Assembly: GCA_023334545.1 (NCBI GenBank)
Contig: JAADVB010000006.1
Span: forward strand, 1 to 64,000
Length of the DNA: 64,000 bases
Direction of reading: 5' to 3'
Origin: Salisapilia sapeloensis CBS 127946
Taxonomy: Eukaryota; Protista; Oomycota
Shown: positions 56,601-64,000 of the stretch, piece by piece
Numbering within the stretch: the first letter of the stretch is position 1
Layout of the letters: every line of letters starts with the position of its first letter
Notes under the pieces: generated by a model
Database searches by the model: none
What the model saw: the letters and a program-made list of their open reading frames with translations, nothing else
Told to the model about the DNA's origin: nothing
Translations under genes and position numbers: made by a program

Positions 56601-57311
56601 GTTGAAGCAAAATGACCGTCGTACTTGTCCAGCTAGCTCTCTAGCTACCAACTTCGAGTTTTTGCTTTTCGCGGGTAGATATCCGTCTCAGTCTGTTGCT
56701 TTATTTATGGAAGATAAAATGCCGCGTTGTAATCGGTGGTATTATGGAAAACCAGATCTGAGTACATATGCAAGTTGGTGAAGAATGCTGTTTTGGTAGA
56801 CCTTGCGAAGACATTAACTACTTTAAACATTGGCATTTCAACGAGTAGTACACGAGTACCTCTAATACGAAATGGTCTCGGTCATGAATATGGCTGCACT
56901 GCTATGCCTGGTTGAAGTGTTTGGAAAGAAGCACGGCAGGATCGCCGATTGCCATGCAAAATACCCATTAGCTTTGCTGCTTTTCATACGATCCTCACCT
57001 GTGCGTTCTACGCTGGTATGCGACCTTGTTATTCTTACTTGAAGCCACGCGTTCAGGTGCGTTTAATCTTGCTCGTGTCGCACCACCTGCTTGAACTTTA
57101 CCTCGATGACAAGATAGTAGAATGCATCCTACCTCTACAAGTTGGATACTCTCGACTACTCACTGCGTCTTTGTAAATGTCATTCAATTTTACGACTCAT
57201 TATCATTTGTGTTCATACTCCTATCCGTTCTCCATCTTTCTTCTACCAATTCTACGTGGTGACTCTTGAAGATCGTGCCGTTCCACGTTAGAGGAACATC
57301 CATTATCAACT

Positions 57312-60016
57312 ATGCAGGTGGAAGCGCAGGAGGATACGGCACCTTTGCTCGGGAAGGAACACACGGATGAGTTGTCTCCGTCCGATGCAACAGCTTCTTC
57401 TTCCTCCTACATTGATTTCCATGCACTCACGACAAGCTCGACCCAGCGGACGACTGATCTAGATCAATCCAAGAACGCTCTTGGTACTATCAGTGGCGTC
57501 TACGTGCCATGCTTACTCAATATCATCGGTGTCATCCTGTTCCTACGCCTTGGTTTTGGCGTCGGACAAGCAGGTGCTAGTGGCATGCTCTTTGTCTTCT
57601 GCATGGCCGAGACTCAGGCCGTGCTCACTGTCATCTCGTCCAGTGCCATTGCCAGCAATGGTAATATGAAAGGTGGTGGCTCCTACTATCTCATCAGTCG
57701 GTCCCTTGGCCCTGAATGTGGTGGTGCCATTGGCGTTCTCTTCTACTTTCTCCACGCCGTCGGCATCGCCATGTGTCTGGTCGGTTTTGCCGAAGAGATC
57801 CAACAGACTTGGATACCGGACCCTGCTATCGGCAAGAAACTCGTAGTTGTATTGATAGCTACCGGTGGATTGATTATGATCTTGGCTATTGCACTCGGTG
57901 GAGCGAATGCCTTTGCTCGAGTGAATCGCTACCTGTTCGTCCTTCAGTTCGTATGCGTTGCCATTGGAGCCTTCTTCATCTTCGTCCTCAGCCCTCATCC
58001 TTTAAAAAGCGGAGGAGATTTCATAGGAGTGAGCATACAGAATATCCGGGATAATTGGAGTCCTCATTATACGTCCGAGCAAAATGCCTGTGGACCTGAC
58101 GTCGTCTGTTCTCTCGATAAAGTCTACGGTTTGAATCCCTCTTCCTCTTCATTTCCTGCAGTATCGTAACATGGCATTTATATGTAGCTATCGTGTTTCC
58201 ACTCGCGACAGGATTCATGGAAGGGCTCAACTTGTCTGGCGATTTAAAAAACCCAGGTACACCACTTGTCTATGAAGTCACTAGCATCCCACTGATATGT
58301 TACATGTGAACAGGAAGGAGTATTCCCGTCGGGACGCTGGCGGCCGTTGCAACCTCCTGCGTCGTCTACATTTCGCTCATCTTTACCTTTGCCTCTGCCT
58401 TCTCCGGTCACACGCTACGCAACAACTTTACGTTTTTCCAAGAAGTGTCTTCCATGCCCTTTATCGTCATCGCCGGCGTCCTTGTCTCAAGTTTTTCATC
58501 CGGACTAGGCGCTCTCTTCGGTGCATCTCGCATCCTCCAAGCGATTGCACGAGACGACTTGTTCTCGCCATTGAATAAGATGAAGCAAGGATCGAGTAAA
58601 GGAGATGAACCGCAGAACGCAGTGCTCTTCACGGCAGTCGTCGCACAAGTGTTCATCTGTTTGGGCGATTTGGACGTGATTGCACCTATCTGTACCTCCT
58701 TCTTCTGTCTCGCCTACGCTACTGTCAACTTTACATGCTTCCTGCTGCAAGTCACGGGCGTGCCTAACTTCCGACCGACGTTTCGCTTCCACTCGTGGCA
58801 TCTATCGCTTGCTGGTACGATCCTCAATCTCGGTGTCATGATCTACCTCAACGTACTCTACGCCCTCATATCTCTTCTTATCCTCACTGCCCTCTTCTTC
58901 TACTTGTACCTAACGGCGGAGACAACATCTTGGGGAGATATTAGCCAAGCACTCATGTACCATCAAGTGCGCAAGTACTTGCTCCGTCTCGACTCGAGGA
59001 AAGCGCATTCCAAGTTCTGGAGGCCGGCTGTCTTGCTCCTAGCGGATGATATCGAGAGCTGTAATGTCGAGCTGTGCAATCGATTGAAGAAGGGAGGGCT
59101 TTATGTTATCGGGAATGTCGTTGTGGGAGATTTCGATGGACAGAGCAGTCGTGTATGTGCTTCGAAACATCACGAGTGGCTCGATCATATCTTCTCGTCA
59201 AAATTAAAAGCTATCCCTCAAGTACTAGTAGCTAGTAACGTTCGTGAAGGCTATCGTATGGTCATGCAAGCCTCTGGATTAGGCGGTATGCAGATCAATA
59301 CGGTCGTTGTACCGTGGTTAGATGTGTCTACAAGTACCGATAAGCCCGGTGTCTTGGGTTTAACGAATGCTCAAGAGTATCTGGAGCTCTTGATGGATGC
59401 GACTGTGCTTAAGAAAAATGCCGTCGTGATACGCCATGCAGACCACTTGGACAAGCGGCTTTTTAAGTCCAAGAAGAGGTTCCAACAGCCTCTTTTACCT
59501 GTTTCTATGAACTCTACGCCGCCCATGACGATCGATGTTTGGATCAAACCCGACTTGCAGCAGGAAGACACACCAGCCAATGTTGCCTTGCTATTGCAAC
59601 TAGCCTATGTTTTGTATTCGAATCGCGTGTGGCATCAACTCACACGTATTCGTCTGATCAAAGGATGTGAATCGACGGATTCGGAAGTTCTGCAGGAGGA
59701 ACGAGAGAAGCTCGAACAAGTCATTGAGAGACTGCGGATGGCCAAGCACGTGGATGAGCTCGTCATCACCTCATGCTCTGGTACGGATTTGACGGACATG
59801 GCTGCCTGTGCTGCTATGAATCAATCACTACAGCAGTACTCGAAGGACGCCGCTCAGATCTTATTCCTCATGCCGAGTCCTCGAGATGCATCCACAACAC
59901 CAGCAGCCGCACAAGCTTTCTTGGAACAGCTCGATACGTTGACAGCAGACCTCCCGTCCATCATGCTTGTGCTGCATGGAGACGACGATCAGCTTGTGGT
60001 GTCCACGTCTATCTAG
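57312..60016 (+). CDS. SLC12A9: Cation-chloride cotransporter, SLC12A9-like; 3 exons
   Basis: GTISGVYVPCLLNIIGVILFLRL; GGGSYYLISRSLGPECGG; FPLATGFMEGLNLSGDLKNP; GASRILQAIARDD; PNFRPTF; KFWRPAVLLL; LKKGGLY. Confidence 0.88.
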
Positions 60017-60122
60017 ATCCAGACCGAGTGTAGCTATAGATGTAGCTAAAATGGTACATATCAGGTTCAGCCAATTGCAACAGACGTTTTTTATCAGATT
60101 CCAAAGCAAGAATAATTCGAAT

Positions 60123-61750
<1,628 letters not shown>

Positions 61751-62442
61751 ACATGACCGGTAGGAAATCCAGCCTTGCATCAAATAAGTATACTTATCCG
61801 AGTCATTGAGGTCACGCTTTGTTATTCTGTTGTTCCGACTTTCTAGTTGTCTAGGCCGTGACGTTGGATCTTGAGTCTATATGATGATGATGCAATTGAG
61901 ACCTATGGATCTTTGCCACTATCGTCACAGGAATGAAACGACAGAATATGACGAAAGCAAAGGAATGGAACATGATGGTGGATATCGAGGATATGTTTGC
62001 GAGTAGTTATCGTGAAATAAATTATGACAACGTGTGACGACTGCCCAATGCAAGAATGACCTAGTATGTGCCCAGACACTGACGACTGTCTTCCATGTAG
62101 ATGCAGGTGGGTGCTTCCGCCTACATCATGCTCGATAAAAAGAAAATGTATGGCAGAACGTATGGGAAGCAAACGATCGTAAAATACCAAAATCGGCACT
62201 GGTAACTTGGACAGAGCATGCCCATAGATGCCACGGATATCCCACCCGGCTCCTGCACGCTCCTCTACCTACCCAACGCTTCACTATACTGCCAACATGC
62301 ATCTCAACCTCACGATCCAAGCCACCCACAACCATCCTATAAACATGCTGAGCCAGGTAAGAGGCTTATCCCATACCCGATGGTGAACACGCCATGCTTC
62401 CACTATGGCATTCTGTGGAGACACACGTGTAAATTATCTTCC

Positions 62443-62459
62443 GCTCCACTTTTAATTCC
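62443..62459 (+). promoter_or_regulatory. Possible oomycete-type Inr/FPR core promoter element upstream of the Stealth gene
   Basis: GCTCCACTTTTAATTCC resembles YCAYTYY-N-WTTY and lies about 65 nt before ATG 62524. The motif is short, so a chance match is possible. Confidence 0.3.
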
Positions 62460-62523
62460 AAGCGGACGTGCTCGGTACCAGTGCTCCCTGGCTCTCGAGG
62501 AGGTTATACGTGTCTTACCAGTC

Positions 62524-64000
62524 ATGAATTCATCCACAGGCATTCGTGTGAAGCTCGCAATGAGTCAACGACGATCGTTACCATACATTCTGTTCGGCGC
62601 GATCTTCTCCCTTGTCGCCGTGCTGTACCTCATGGGCAGCACGAACGAGACGACGACGTACGAATCGCTCTCACCAGAAGAAGCGAACCGTTTTGCTGAC
62701 GCAGAGCTCCAGGATATGTACCCTGACAAGTGCAAAATCAAGAACTTTGACGAGTTACGTCGCATGAGCATCGTGTACACGTGGGTGAACGGCTCGCAAC
62801 CGTGTTATCGTAAGATGCGTGAGGAAGTCGGTGGTAAGAAATCGATCGGTGGTTCTCGTGACCGAGAGATTGGTGAACTCAAGTATTCGATCCGATCTTT
62901 AACCAAGTTTCTACCGTGGCACGTGGTAAGCTCTTTTCTTGGGTACATGTACTCGCTACAAGTATCTAAAGCATCTTGATAGGGACAAATCTACATTGTA
63001 TCTCCTGGACACATTCCTGACTGGGTCGATCTAGACAACCCTCGTATCAAGGTGATTAATCAGGACGATCTCTTCCCAGAGTACGCGAAAGAGTATCTTC
63101 CGACGTTCAATACGCATGCCATCGAGCAGTTCCTGTACTTGATTCCAGGTCTCTCAGACATTTACATGCAAGTGAACGACGACTATATCTTCACAAAGCC
63201 CATTGCTCCCCATGAATTCTTCACTTGTGATGGTGGCATTCGTCTGCTCCATGAAAAGAGTTTGATTTCCCACACGCCTCCGACGCCTAAAAAAGGTATT
63301 TGGATCGCATCTGTCTTGAATACACAGCAGGAGATGGATCTACGTTGGGGACAGCAGGATCGGTACTTTATCAAGCACGCACCGTTCATCTACTCTCGTC
63401 GCGCGTTCGAACGCATCCACCAGATCTTCGATCGACCGCTATACGCGACGCTCAAGTCCAAGTTCCGAGGCAAACCAGACATGAACATGCCGTTGCTGCA
63501 CTACTACTATATGACGGCACAAGGTCATAAAGAGCTCGGTATCCCGATTGAAGTGCCGCCAACGAGTGAGATGGATAACTACAAGCTCGTGCTATTGCAG
63601 GACAATAAGGAGGAAGAGCTACGACAGACGTTTGGTGCGATCCTCGACTACTCTTCTCCGTACCGCATCATCGCGATTAATGACGAGTACCACGACATGA
63701 AGATCGCTCAGCTGACGCTCGATTTCCTCAACAAGTTCCTACCAGATCCGACGGAATACGAACGTAAACCGACGTCCCCTTCACATGCCCTCAGTGTACG
63801 TGATCCAGAGACATGTGAAGTAGACCACTCGATCCTGTCCCCATTCCCACCTCGTATGTCTCCATCACAAAAGTACGAAGTCGTGGCATATCGTGAGATT
63901 CGATGGGTTGCCTTCGCGAACTCTTTCTTGCGTGGTCTGGCACTAGCACTAGGTATGATGACCGTCTACGTCTTCTACCTACTTGTCCTTCGTCAGCCAA
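62524..64000 (+). CDS. Stealth-family hexose-1-phosphate transferase (GNPTAB/capsule phosphotransferase-like); intron 62926-62982; runs off the right edge
   Basis: CR1 IVYTWVNGS; CR2 GELKYSIRSLTKFLPW..IYIVS..PTFNTHAIE..IPGLSDIYMQVNDDYIF; CR3 KHAP; CR4 INDE. TM segments at both ends. Confidence 0.9.

Noticed and set aside
56601-57311. Largest divergent intergenic region, with 50-75 aa ORFs
   Set aside because: No motifs, repeats or RNA-gene signatures recognised.
61784-61797. Perfect 14-bp palindrome ATAAGTATACTTAT after the CAMK stop
   Set aside because: AT-rich, single and short; there is no supporting context for function.
62020-62210. Intron-like GTATGT..CACTGAC..CATGTAG followed by a 35-codon frame (MQVGASAYIMLDKKKMYG...)
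   Set aside because: No coherent upstream in-frame start and no recognisable product.

Overview
Gene-dense eukaryotic nuclear DNA, not prokaryotic. Most multi-exon genes have short (~50-75 nt) GT-AG introns, and intergenic gaps are very small. Gene content (7TM-TKL-DEP kinase, AP2-domain factor, DENN-PDZ protein, Stealth protein) points to an oomycete-like stramenopile; this assignment is inference. About 32 protein-coding loci are supportable, including the C-terminal end of an Argonaute, NDUFAF5, SLC30A9, QTRT2, MLH3, XPO4, GTF3C1, an OSR1-like kinase, RPS15, RPP30, POLE3, SNRNP70, ACAA2, NHX, purple acid phosphatase, KdsB, PGAP1, eIF2D, SLC12A9 and a CAMK-group kinase. I recognised no tRNA, rRNA, CRISPR array or transposase. 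Most interesting items: (1) an AP2 transcription factor fused to an uncharacterised globular domain and a C-terminal multi-pass membrane module, a candidate membrane-tethered sensor/TF; (2) an intron-containing CMP-Kdo synthetase (kdsB) and a doubly membrane-anchored Stealth phosphotransferase in the same window; (3) a divergent gene pair with ATGs only 32 bp apart, arranged as an imperfect palindrome whose two proteins begin MALEAGLP and MHLEAGVP; (4) a long fold-back hairpin at 12.6-12.7 kb; (5) extreme head-to-head and tail-to-tail compaction. Exon boundaries were read by eye and are approximate; family calls come from motif recognition, not database searches.
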